DNA of 64,000 nt, from assembly GCF_000328665.1 (NCBI RefSeq), contig NC_019977.1, positions 434,001-498,000 of the forward strand, written 5' to 3'. A program made the translations under genes and the position numbers. Below, piece after piece: positions 1 through 9,457 of the stretch (positions within the stretch are counted from its first letter, which is position 1; the number at the start of each line of letters is the position of its first letter). Below the pieces are notes generated by a model. It was given only the letters and a program-made list of their open reading frames with translations. It made no database searches and was not told where the DNA came from. Source of the stretch: Methanomethylovorans hollandica DSM 15978. Its GTDB lineage: Archaea; Halobacteriota; Methanosarcinia; Methanosarcinales; Methanosarcinaceae.

Positions 1-750
1 GTAATCCGAGCCTCCTGTTATGATCAATCCATATGTACGGCACAGTTCCAGCATGGATTTGACCTGTTGCCAGTTGCTTTTTCCGTAGAACACTTCAAAG
101 CCATCAATTCCGCATTTTACAAAATGGTCCACTACATCGGCAAGTAAGGGTAGACTGCTGTACTGGTCCAGGGTGCGTATCATATGTGCTCCGACTGCTT
201 TGCCCCCTGCTTTGTGAATAATCTCAATGGCTTCCTCTATCTGGAACTTCTCCACATCTATAAAGTACTTCGATTTCTCCGTGAGCCACAGGTCATGGAA
301 CTCATAAGTGGACATATCTCTGTTAACAACAGCCAGTGCAATATCATGTTTGGTGATAATCCCTTTTGCCGATTCAAGGCGCGAATAATCCACAAGCCAT
401 CCATGCGAAGAAAGCAAATCCACCATTTCGTCAGCATATTTCCATGCACGTTTTTTTGTGATCTCAAGTTTCTTTTGTAGGTATGGGTCATCCTTATCAA
501 AGCCGTAGCCAAGCACATGTACTTCAATACCCTGGGGGTCAAAATTAGTTGTGAATTCTATACCAGGGATGAACTGTAACCCCATTTTCTTGCATTCGCG
601 TTCAATAGATTCAAGCCCATCCACAGTGTCATGATCAGTGACGCTGATGGCCTTTAATCCTATATCCCTTGCTTTTGTAACCAATTCAGAAGGATACAAG
701 TCCCCATCTGAATAGATCGTGTGCATGTGCATATCTGAAATGATTTGAAT
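1..750 (-). CDS. PHP-domain metal-dependent phosphoesterase (3' end runs off the window)
   Basis: Manual minus-strand translation gives the PHP motifs DMHMHTIYSDG, AISVTDHDTVDG and LIITGGSDY. Not in the ORF track because it is truncated. Start placed at ATT 750 behind GGTGAGGTG; the first ATG is at 732. Confidence 0.88.
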   Translation of the reverse strand, partial: MQIISDMHMHTIYSDGDLYPSELVTKARDIGLKAISVTDHDTVDGLESIERECKKMGLQFIPGIEFTTNFDPQGIEVHVLGYGFDKDDPYLQKKLEITKKRAWKYADEMVDLLSSHGWLVDYSRLESAKGIITKHDIALAVVNRDMSTYEFHDLWLTEKSKYFIDVEKFQIEEAIEIIHKAGGKAVGAHMIRTLDQYSSLPLLADVVDHFVKCGIDGFEVFYGKSNWQQVKSMLELCRTYGLIITGGSDY

Positions 751-1158
751 GATAACACCTCACCAGTCTTTCTTTTTGAAGTTTACTCGTTATGAACTTA
801 ATGTAAATAGGCTATAGGAACCTCTATAGACTATATTTGGTATGTATCCTGGACCATTGCATGTTTGATGTGCAGATTAATATCAAAATACTGCAGCCAA
901 AAGTTCAAAGCAGGAAATGTATTGTAATTCTTATGGGGTCCCAATACAGGATCAGTTTTAACAGGACTCTTTTCATTCACGTTTTTACTCTTCCACATAT
1001 ATTAAATAATATAATAAAATTATTATATAAACATCTCTATGGGTTACATGCACTTAAAGGCAACACGCTCATAGAAATATTAATCTCACATATAACATTA
1101 AACAGACTACTTATAGTATGAACTTGATTTTATAAAGATAAACGGTAAAAGAATAGAT

Positions 1159-3789
1159 ATGTCTAGCAGAGAAAGGGATATGGCGGTAAGATACCTTAAC
1201 AAAGGGCTATCTTTGAAGGAGAAAGGCCTTCATGCAGAAGCACTTGAGAATCTCAAAAAGGCAGAAGAACATTCATGGGTGGCTTCTTCTCCTGCTCTTC
1301 TGGCTACGGTCATGCAGAATCTTGGAGAACTTTTGGAGATCATGGGTGATGATGAAAACACTTTTGAACAGTATTTTCTTGCAGTAGAGAAGTTAGAAAG
1401 ACTTGTTGAAGTAGTCCCATCATTCAATGAACAATTAGCTACCACCCTCAGCAAATTTGCTTCCATGCTTGTGGACAGGGATGAAAAGGAAGAAGGAAAA
1501 GCAAATTATGAGAAGGCCATTGCTATTTACCGAAAACTTCGTAGGGAGAATCCAAGGAATGTACAAATACGCTCCAATATGATCTCTACTTTAAACAATC
1601 TGGGTGCGCTTCTGGCAGACATGGGTCAGAAGGCTGAAGCACAATGGAAGTTCGAAAAAGCTCTGGACATGCTTGATGACAAGCAGTGTCCTGCAGAGAA
1701 TTATACTCTTTGTTTTGAGAAAAAAGCCATGGTGCTAGAAAACCTGGCCAATTTGCTTATCGAAAGTGGAGAACTTGAGCAGGCAAGAGAAAAGCTTTCA
1801 AATGTCCTTGAGCTCTACTCTTCGCTACTTGATCAGGATCATATGACAGAGTTTTATCAGGCAAGAGTAGCTTTGGTTCTTAGCAGGATGGCTCATTTGT
1901 TTGTATCCTTGGATAGAAAAGAAGAGGCATTACAAAGCTACACCTCTCTCCTTAAAATGTATGGTGAGCTTTCAAAGCTTACACCGGAAAATGAAGAGAT
2001 CATGGTGGAAAAAGCTTTAGTTTTAAGCTCCATGGCGGATCTGCTTGAAGGCATGCATGCGGAAAATGAAGCAATAAGCAAACACGAAGAAGCACTGGAC
2101 ATTCTAATAAAGATACAGTCATCAGATGAACTTTCTAACTATTCTTCGATCATTGTATCTATACAGCTGAAACTAGGAAAATTACTTGTTGCACAGGATA
2201 GAGTAGCAGAAGGTCTTACAAAGCTGGAAGAAGGCATAGGCATCATATTGTCCTTTGGGGAAAAAGATGTTGAGACCATTGATGAGGTTTACTCTTATCT
2301 GCTGCAAACATGCGAGCATTTGCTTGAACGATCAGGCAATGGCGATACGGAAGCATTTGAAAGGTTGCTTGAAATGCATGACAAGCTCAGTGAGTTGATG
2401 ACCACGCCTCAAGGTATCTCCTGCAAGGCAAGGATAATGAAAATCCTTGGCAGGGTGCAAGTGGATTTAGGGAACAAGGAGGATAATACCTCCACACTTA
2501 TAAACGCTGCAGATCTACGTACCCAACTAAAGGATGCAGCTGACCATTCATCTGAAACATCCGAAAAGTTCGATATCATAGAACCAAACATGTTTTGTAC
2601 TGCAGATGTTGAGGAGCTTGAAAGCAACTATAGTAAGATCACAGAAGGCTGCAAAGAGGAAGGCATTGGACCTGAAAATATCACACATAACGGGAGCATT
2701 ATGGATACACAGGAAAGACTAGCTGATCTGGCGCTCGATAAGGGAAGGTATGAGCAGGCATTTGATCTGTATATGGATATTTACTCTGCCGACAATTCAA
2801 GGGGAGGGGCTCTTAGTAAAGCCAGAGATGTACTGGAAAAACTCGAATCTGAGATTCATCTTAACAAGCGTTCAGGCAGTATTCTGAAAGACATGGAATT
2901 CCTTGTCAAAGGATATGCTATGCTTGCGGACATCGAGCCTTTGAACTCTGAACATAGACGCAACCTTGCAGCTACAGAAAAAGAAATGGGTAAGATGTTG
3001 CTTGACACTGGTCATGTGGATGAGGCAAGGCAGAGGTTTGGGCAGGCTCTTGATGATTATCTTTTGTTAATGGGTATGCCGGGCAACAAACATCATCTCA
3101 AAGGCATGTATGCTGTCCTGAAGGAGCTTGCAGCTCTGTTGCCGACTATCGGTGACAAGGAAAAGAAGCTGAGATGTCAGGAAAAGATCTCTAAGGGCTA
3201 TTCTTTCATGTGTGAACTTGATCCTCAGGACGCTGGTCTTGTAGAAGATCTTGCAACCTCTCTGGACCATCAGGCGTCATTGTTGGCAAGCCTGGACAGA
3301 AAAAAGGATGCTTACGAGGTTCTTGATGAAGCCCTGGGTAAGTATGAACTGCTTTATCAGCTCGAGTCTTCTGAAAAGGCTGCTGGAAAAGCTGCTGTGG
3401 CAATGAACAACATGGGTGCTATGCTTGCCAGGATGGGACGGAAAGAGGAGGCAAAACAGATGCTTGAGGATGCTTTGAGGATCTACAACTATCTGCTCGA
3501 TCAGGAACCAGATAACACAGAGCATATGGTGCATGCTGCCTTCACTCTTGATAATATGGGCACTCTCTTTGGGAACATGGACAGGCTGGATGATGCAAAA
3601 CATATGTACGAATCGGCTTTGCAGATGTATATGGATGTAGGCAGTGTAGACCCCGATGACACTTCATATAACGAGTATGCAGCTCTTACCATGGAAAATC
3701 TGGGTGCTGTGCTGGAACGCATGGGCAGGAGCGATGATGCCAAGTGGATGTACGAGAACGCGAAAAAACTGAGGATTGTTGAAGCATAA
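1159..3789 (+). CDS. Large tetratricopeptide-repeat (TPR) protein
   Basis: 876 aa with repeated TPR-type units (TLNNLGALLADMGQKAEA, AMNNMGAMLARMGRKEEA, TLDNMGTLFGNMDRLDDA) in N- and C-terminal clusters. Confidence 0.88.
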   Translation: MSSRERDMAVRYLNKGLSLKEKGLHAEALENLKKAEEHSWVASSPALLATVMQNLGELLEIMGDDENTFEQYFLAVEKLERLVEVVPSFNEQLATTLSKFASMLVDRDEKEEGKANYEKAIAIYRKLRRENPRNVQIRSNMISTLNNLGALLADMGQKAEAQWKFEKALDMLDDKQCPAENYTLCFEKKAMVLENLANLLIESGELEQAREKLSNVLELYSSLLDQDHMTEFYQARVALVLSRMAHLFVSLDRKEEALQSYTSLLKMYGELSKLTPENEEIMVEKALVLSSMADLLEGMHAENEAISKHEEALDILIKIQSSDELSNYSSIIVSIQLKLGKLLVAQDRVAEGLTKLEEGIGIILSFGEKDVETIDEVYSYLLQTCEHLLERSGNGDTEAFERLLEMHDKLSELMTTPQGISCKARIMKILGRVQVDLGNKEDNTSTLINAADLRTQLKDAADHSSETSEKFDIIEPNMFCTADVEELESNYSKITEGCKEEGIGPENITHNGSIMDTQERLADLALDKGRYEQAFDLYMDIYSADNSRGGALSKARDVLEKLESEIHLNKRSGSILKDMEFLVKGYAMLADIEPLNSEHRRNLAATEKEMGKMLLDTGHVDEARQRFGQALDDYLLLMGMPGNKHHLKGMYAVLKELAALLPTIGDKEKKLRCQEKISKGYSFMCELDPQDAGLVEDLATSLDHQASLLASLDRKKDAYEVLDEALGKYELLYQLESSEKAAGKAAVAMNNMGAMLARMGRKEEAKQMLEDALRIYNYLLDQEPDNTEHMVHAAFTLDNMGTLFGNMDRLDDAKHMYESALQMYMDVGSVDPDDTSYNEYAALTMENLGAVLERMGRSDDAKWMYENAKKLRIVEA

Positions 3790-4206
3790 AGCTAATTGCA
3801 GGGTATATTGAGGTTGGAAATACCCAAAATAGTTTTTCTTCAATTCCCTTCATTTTCTCTTTGTATACTGCCTCCTGATCTATCAGAAGAAGAAAAAAGG
3901 AGTAGAGAATTCTTATCTCTGCTAAATTCATAGCATTAACCTAATGCTACTCACAAAATTGAGAACTGTGATTCAGAAAAAAATTTTTGGGGACCAGGAT
4001 CTGGTCAAAGAGATATTGAAGTATTCTGGCTTAGGGTAACTAGGTTCTATATATCATAAAAAATAGCACTAATTCTGATCGTATAACATTTGTAAATAAG
4101 AATTGGAACTAAAATATCTTCATGTTTCAAGCATATGCATTCCTAAAATCTGAGATCGGAGAATAAGCTGCCAGATGTTCATGAGGTGTTACTCAAAAAA
4201 TCCAGA

Positions 4207-4280
4207 AGCCTCGGGCGTGATTTGAACACGCGACCTAGTGATTACAAGTCACTCGCTCTGCCGGGCTGAGCCACCGAGGC
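4207..4280 (-). tRNA. tRNA-Thr (anticodon UGU), no intron, CCA not encoded
   Basis: Reverse complement GCCTCGGTGGCTCAGCCCGGCAGAGCGAGTGACTTGTAATCACTAGGTCGCGTGTTCAAATCACGCCCGAGGCT folds into a cloverleaf: acceptor stem GCCTCGG/CCGAGGC, anticodon arm AGTGA-CTTGTAA-TCACT, T-loop TTCAAAT. Confidence 0.96.
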
Positions 4281-4351
4281 ATATATTTATGGATTGTATG
4301 CTCTACATAGCATAATAACAGATAAATTTTATGGTATTTTCAGGTGTGACC

Positions 4352-4903
4352 ATGTGGCAGGAGATATCCAGGATAGGTAGAAAACTGGTACAGAGCGGGC
4401 TTGTGGAGTCCCATTTTGGCAACATAAGTGTTCGTATGGGTGACAGGATGCTCATTACAAGAAGCGGAAGCGCCCTGGATGAGCTGACATCGGATAAGAT
4501 AGTGGAGGTGGAGGTGCAAGGCACCTGCGCCCTCGATGTCATCGCCTCTTCAGAGACCATAGTCCATCGCGCCATCTATAATAGCACTTCTGCATTTGCC
4601 ATCGTACATGCCCACTGTCCCTATGCTGTTACTATGTCTTTGCTGCAGGGCGAGGGCTGTATCACTCCGCTAGACAGTGAAGGCCGGTATTTTCTGGGCG
4701 ATATTCCTATAGTCCCGGGAGGTATAGGCTCTGCAGAGCTTGCTGAAAATCTCGCTAAGGCTCTGTACTGCCATAAAGCTGCAATTGTGTATGGACACGG
4801 CACATTCTCCATAGGCCGTGTGCTTGACGAGGCATATGTGCTTACAACACAGGTGGAACATTCCTGCAGGATCAGGTATCTGCACGATCTGATGCGCAAG
4901 TGA
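4352..4903 (+). CDS. Class II aldolase/adducin family protein (fuculose-1-phosphate aldolase-like)
   Basis: GNISVR, ITRSG, SSE...HR, IVHAH and GHG zinc-binding motifs. ATG 4352 follows CAGGTG. Confidence 0.88.
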   Translation: MWQEISRIGRKLVQSGLVESHFGNISVRMGDRMLITRSGSALDELTSDKIVEVEVQGTCALDVIASSETIVHRAIYNSTSAFAIVHAHCPYAVTMSLLQGEGCITPLDSEGRYFLGDIPIVPGGIGSAELAENLAKALYCHKAAIVYGHGTFSIGRVLDEAYVLTTQVEHSCRIRYLHDLMRK

Positions 4904-4980
4904 CCGGGAAACAAAAAACGGTTCAAATGAATGTAACGAAAGAAAGACATTAATCCGAAAACGCCTTTATAGCATCACAC

Positions 4981-5589
4981 ATGACCTCTGATTCCCTACG
5001 ACCATATGCTACGCGGTTCATTTCACCTCTTGCACATAAGGCTGCAGATGCGGGTGTTTCTCCGGACCAGGTATCTGCGCTGTCACTTTTTTTCGCCATA
5101 CTTGCAGGGGTATTCTATTATTACTCTCTGACAAACCCTTTGTTAGTGCTTGCCGGTGCTTTTATGGTATCTCTTAACTCTATGCTTGATGCTATCGATG
5201 GTCTCATGGCTCGATACCTCAAGACCGCTGGCCCAAAGGGAGATTTCATCGATCACGTAATTGACCGCTACGCTGACGTCATAATCATTTGCAGTATCTT
5301 TTTCGCAGGCCATGTACAGTGGCAGATAGGTGTCATTGCCATAGTGGGCGTGCTTATCACCAGTTATCTCGGCACCCAGGCTCAGGCCTTGCAGCTTGGC
5401 AGGTACTACGGAGGCATAATGGGTAGGGCAGACAGGCTTTTGCTTATAATGGCAGCATCTGTGATGTACTTTGTATACCCGCACCAGATACTCATATTCA
5501 ATCTCCTGGGTTGGGTCATGGTGATAATTGCTATAGCAAGCCATATCACTGCTTTTCAGCGTATCTGGCATATATGGCAGCAACTTTGA
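4981..5589 (+). CDS. CDP-alcohol phosphatidyltransferase (archaetidylinositol-phosphate/archaetidylglycerophosphate synthase-like)
   Basis: Family signature DAIDGLMAR...GDFIDHVIDRYAD and multiple hydrophobic helices. Confidence 0.88.
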   Translation: MTSDSLRPYATRFISPLAHKAADAGVSPDQVSALSLFFAILAGVFYYYSLTNPLLVLAGAFMVSLNSMLDAIDGLMARYLKTAGPKGDFIDHVIDRYADVIIICSIFFAGHVQWQIGVIAIVGVLITSYLGTQAQALQLGRYYGGIMGRADRLLLIMAASVMYFVYPHQILIFNLLGWVMVIIAIASHITAFQRIWHIWQQL

Positions 5590-5638
5590 ACCTGAGATGT
5601 CTTTAAAACTTTAAATAGACTTATTCCTATTACTCAGC

Positions 5639-6079
5639 ATGCCTGTCGACCCAAAGAAATATGAATACCTGGACCACACTGCAGATGCCAAGTTCTTGGC
5701 GTACGGTAAAACCCTCGAGGAAGCCTTCGAGAATGCTGCTCTTGCAATGTTCAATGTCATGATAGACACAAATACTATATCTCACACCCAATCCCTGGAC
5801 ATCGAGCTTGCAGCTGAAGATATTGATGGTCTGCTCTTTGACTGGCTATCTGAATTTTTGTTCCTGATGGATGCGGAATATCTTGTATTCGGTGATTTCA
5901 GGGTGCACCGCATTGAACGGGAAGGTGATCACTTCCATCTCAGTGCTACTGTGTACGGAGAACAAATCGATTTATCTAGGCATAGGTTCGATACAGAGGT
6001 TAAGGCAGCTACATATAACGATATGCAGGTGCAGCTATCAGCAGATGGCTGGGTGCTGAGGGCTACAGTGGATACTTGA
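5639..6079 (+). CDS. Archease (RtcB activator)
   Basis: YEYLDHTAD, EVKAATY and a C-terminal VDT; directly upstream of rtcB. Confidence 0.93.
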   Translation: MPVDPKKYEYLDHTADAKFLAYGKTLEEAFENAALAMFNVMIDTNTISHTQSLDIELAAEDIDGLLFDWLSEFLFLMDAEYLVFGDFRVHRIEREGDHFHLSATVYGEQIDLSRHRFDTEVKAATYNDMQVQLSADGWVLRATVDT

Positions 6080-6193
6080 AATCAAGTGTACATCTTGATT
6101 CTTTCATTGAACCAATACTGTTTTACATGTCGGGTATATACTTTATAATACGGGATGGGAGAATTCAATATAATTTCAAAGTAAGTGATGACT

Positions 6194-7654
6194 ATGTCTG
6201 AAGATAATGATATTTCAATTAATCTCAATAAGATCAATGATAATACCTGGGAGGTACCTCGCGGATATAAACCAGGGATGCGTGTTCCAGGACGCTTGTT
6301 CTTATCTCCTCCGCTTCTAAATATACTGGAACAGGGCACACTGGATCAAGTGGCCAATGTGGCTGCATTACCAGGTATACAAAAGTATTCCATGGCCATG
6401 CCAGATGCACATCTTGGGTATGGTTTCCCTATAGGCGGAGTTGCGGCATTTGACAGGGAGGAAGGTGTTATCAGTCCAGGTGGTGTTGGTTTTGACATCA
6501 ATTGTGGTGTAAGGCTCATCCGTTCTAACCTGAAAGAAAGTGATGTTAGGCCTGGGATAACGGACCTTCTTGAAAGATTGTTCCATGCTGTGCCTTCTGG
6601 TGTGGGCTCCAAGAGCCGTCTGCGGGTAAACGATGATCAACTGGATGATGTTTTCATCCACGGCTCCCGCTGGGCTGTGGAGAATGGCTATGGTGTACCT
6701 AACGATGTGGAAAGGTGTGAGAGCCAGGGTATGATGGAAGGTGCTCTGGTGAAGCAGGTCAGCACCAGGGCGCGCCAAAGAGGAAGACCCCAGTTGGGAA
6801 CTCTTGGAAGCGGAAATCATTTTTTGGAGATCCAGTACGTGGATGAGATCTATGACACAAAAGCCGCTGATGCCTTTGGCTTGCATGAGGGACAGATCAC
6901 ATTCATGATCCATTGCGGTTCAAGGGGTGCAGGGCATCAGATATGTACCGATCATCTGCGCACTCTTACGCAGGCAGCAGAAAAATACAAGATAGATCTC
7001 CCTGACAAGCAGCTTGCATGTGCACCTACGGATTCTTCCGAGGCTCAGAACTATTTTGGAGCCATGGTATGTGCAGCCAACTATGCATGGACCAACAGGC
7101 AGGTAATAATGCACTGGGCAAGGGAAGTGTTCCAGGATTTCTTCCGGCAGGATATGGATGAACTGGGCATGGACCTTGTGTACGACGTTGCACACAATGT
7201 TGCAAAACTCGAGACGCATAAAATCGATGGTAAAAAGCGGGAAGTCTATGTGCACAGGAAAGGTGCTACACGTGCTTTCCCTCCAGAGCATTCTGATGTC
7301 CCTGCTGCATATAAGAAAGTGGGCCAGCCTGTGCTTATCCCTGGCAGTATGGGCACTGCTTCATACGTACTGCACGGCACTCATGATGCAATGGATATAA
7401 GTTTTGGTAGTGCATGTCACGGGGCTGGCAGGGTCATGAGCAGAGCTCATGCCAAGCATGAGTTCAGAGGGGAACAGATCCAGAAAGATCTCAGTAAAAT
7501 GGGAATCTCTGTTCGTGCCACTCAACCTGCACTGATAGCTGAAGAGGCTCCGGGGGTCTACAAGTCCAGTAGTGATGTGGTGGATGTTGTGCATAATCTG
7601 GGCATAGCAAGGAAAGTTGCACGTCTGATGCCTATAGGAGTTGTAAAAGGGTGA
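6194..7654 (+). CDS. rtcB: tRNA-splicing ligase RtcB
   Basis: MPDAHLGYGFPIGGV, GFDINCG, GTLGSGNHFLE, HRKGAT, SACHGAGR, EEAP. No intein is evident. The start could also be 6185 or 6188. Confidence 0.96.
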   Translation: MSEDNDISINLNKINDNTWEVPRGYKPGMRVPGRLFLSPPLLNILEQGTLDQVANVAALPGIQKYSMAMPDAHLGYGFPIGGVAAFDREEGVISPGGVGFDINCGVRLIRSNLKESDVRPGITDLLERLFHAVPSGVGSKSRLRVNDDQLDDVFIHGSRWAVENGYGVPNDVERCESQGMMEGALVKQVSTRARQRGRPQLGTLGSGNHFLEIQYVDEIYDTKAADAFGLHEGQITFMIHCGSRGAGHQICTDHLRTLTQAAEKYKIDLPDKQLACAPTDSSEAQNYFGAMVCAANYAWTNRQVIMHWAREVFQDFFRQDMDELGMDLVYDVAHNVAKLETHKIDGKKREVYVHRKGATRAFPPEHSDVPAAYKKVGQPVLIPGSMGTASYVLHGTHDAMDISFGSACHGAGRVMSRAHAKHEFRGEQIQKDLSKMGISVRATQPALIAEEAPGVYKSSSDVVDVVHNLGIARKVARLMPIGVVKG

Positions 7655-7716
7655 GTTCCACCTCTTTCTTCTTTTTGAAAACCCAGAAGATTTATGGTTG
7701 TTAGCCATCAGAAAGA

Positions 7717-7816
7717 TGAGGAAACGGACACATTGTTTGAGGGGATGAATGGTTTGCTTGGTTACAATTACGTTTTTCGGGTTATACAGCTTACAAGCAG
7801 TTTTCCCGTTTCCTCA
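7717..7816 (-). ncRNA. Candidate small RNA with 11-bp closing helix
   Basis: Perfect inverted repeat TGAGGAAACGG (7717-7727) / CCGTTTCCTCA (7806-7816). Minus-strand TATA-like TTTAAATA at 7845-7838, about 22 nt upstream. Contains CATCCCCTCAAACAATGTG, shared with the element at 59791. Confidence 0.5.
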
Positions 7817-7947
7817 AATACGAATAAGTCTTTATTATATTTAAATCTGTTTGATACTAATTATATATTACAATTGATACAAATAATATTGTTTTCTTTT
7901 TTAACATGACCGTTATCCATTTAAAAGGAACCTGTAATTTAGCTGCT

Positions 7948-8439
7948 ATGCAAGATGCAGATAAGAATCTGAAAAAGGTTAGGAGTATAGCCGATTATCA
8001 GTTTGGAAAGGGCTGTGGAGATGCTCTTTTTCCAAATGATGTGACTTTTTTGCTGTCCCGTACCAATCGTGTCAGACAAATATTGCACCATGGGCAGCGC
8101 ATAGCTACTGTCAGGGCAAAGGATGGTATGCTCACCCTAAGTATTTCAGGAGCTATGCTACTACACGATGTTCTTCCTATTCCTTCATATAGAGTGATCG
8201 TGTGTGATGATGCTGTTCCTTTTGTATCTAAAGGCAAGACCGTTTTCGCAAAACACATTATCAGTCTGGACAAGGCGCTGCGTGCAGGTGAAGAAGTTCT
8301 TGTTGTAGATACTTCTGACAAGCTCCTCGCCACAGGTCAGCTTTTACTTTCTCCGGATGAAGCTTTATTCATAGGTAGAGGACCAGCTATTGATGTGCGT
8401 AATGGGATCGATCAGGAGAAAGACAGGCAGGATGATTAA
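7948..8439 (+). CDS. PUA-domain protein resembling the C-terminal part of archaeosine tRNA-guanine transglycosylase
   Basis: IADYQFG, ATVRAKDGMLTL, VPFVSKGKTVFAKH, LRAGEEVLVVD, IDVRNG. No catalytic domain is present. Confidence 0.8.
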   Translation: MQDADKNLKKVRSIADYQFGKGCGDALFPNDVTFLLSRTNRVRQILHHGQRIATVRAKDGMLTLSISGAMLLHDVLPIPSYRVIVCDDAVPFVSKGKTVFAKHIISLDKALRAGEEVLVVDTSDKLLATGQLLLSPDEALFIGRGPAIDVRNGIDQEKDRQDD

Positions 8440-8512
8440 TAATATATACATACCATTTATACTATGTGTGCTATAACTGCAGCTACAATTCACCATTCCA
8501 GGAAGTGAGATC

Positions 8513-9394
8513 ATAGCCGAAGAAACCCTCCTTAAAACTTTCGTGGTCCCTGACAATACGAAGATGGAAGAGCATACTATTGTTTTGGAAGGTGATGTGA
8601 TCATCGGTAATCATTCGGACATCAAATACGGTGTTCACGCCAATTCTGCCATTTTGGGTGAACGCGTGGTCTTTGCTGGTGATCTGGTATGCAAGTCTGA
8701 TGTACGTATAGATATCTGGTCCCGGATAGGTGGCAATGTAAAGACAGATACTGACGCTTACCTGGGAGAATATGTGAACATAGATGGTAAACTCATTGTC
8801 AAAGGTGATCTTGATATAGGTAATGATGTTAAGATCAATGGCGGCTTTGAGGCAAAGGGCTGGATAGTCATACGTAATCCTGTGCCCGTCATTGTGTATC
8901 TTTTCCTTTACATAAGTGAGCTTCTGCGCCTTGGTAAGGACGAAGAGGTTGAAAATGCCCTGAATGACCTTTTTGGGAATGATGTTGAGGTCATAGGCCC
9001 CGCTGCAATGATTATTCCAAATGGTTCGAGCATATCCATTGATTCTATACGCGTGCCTTCCCATGCAGTAATAGGCAACAGCTGCAGGCTTGTAGGGAAT
9101 ATCCGGTCCACTTCATTGGAAATGGGTCACGATAATACTTTATATGGGAGTATAAGGACCATAGATGATATCTATCTTGGAAAGAACAATTCCATTCATG
9201 GGAATATTGTTTCCAGAGGCATGGTTCGGATATCTGAAGGTTCTCATGTCTTAGGTGAGATCAATGCACGCACTGTCAGGATACATGAATCAGCAAGAGT
9301 TGATGGTGTAATGAGGGCTTCAGAAGGTATTGTATTTGAAAGAGAAGAAAAGGCAGCACTAAGCGACAGTGAACTGATGCATCTTGATGTTTGA
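8513..9394 (+). CDS. Beta-helix repeat protein of the bactofilin/polymer-forming cytoskeletal-like family
   Basis: Repeated GD/GN+[VIL]x[VIL] beta-helix turns in two blocks separated by a hydrophobic segment. Start is uncertain (ATA 8513 or GTG 8543). Confidence 0.65.
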   Translation: MAEETLLKTFVVPDNTKMEEHTIVLEGDVIIGNHSDIKYGVHANSAILGERVVFAGDLVCKSDVRIDIWSRIGGNVKTDTDAYLGEYVNIDGKLIVKGDLDIGNDVKINGGFEAKGWIVIRNPVPVIVYLFLYISELLRLGKDEEVENALNDLFGNDVEVIGPAAMIIPNGSSISIDSIRVPSHAVIGNSCRLVGNIRSTSLEMGHDNTLYGSIRTIDDIYLGKNNSIHGNIVSRGMVRISEGSHVLGEINARTVRIHESARVDGVMRASEGIVFEREEKAALSDSELMHLDV

Positions 9395-9457
9395 ACCGTC
9401 TTAAAGCATCAGGTATTTTTAAAGTAAGTCTAATTGGCAAAATGTGGGTGCAGTTAA

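Noticed and set aside
837..1121. 94-aa ORF between the PHP and TPR genes
   Set aside because: TTG start, AT-rich Ile/Leu/His-biased translation, no motif; probably divergent promoter DNA.
4207..4280. tRNA-Thr as an integration site for a mobile element
   Set aside because: No integrase, no duplicated tRNA 3' end and no foreign-looking genes next to it.
5639..7654. archease-rtcB as an RNA-repair defence module, or an intein in rtcB
   Set aside because: This is the standard tRNA-splicing ligase pair, of normal length and with no insertion.
7694..7909. 71-aa plus-strand ORF in the track
   Set aside because: No RBS or recognisable motif, and it runs through AT-rich promoter-like DNA. The inverted-repeat element explains the region better.
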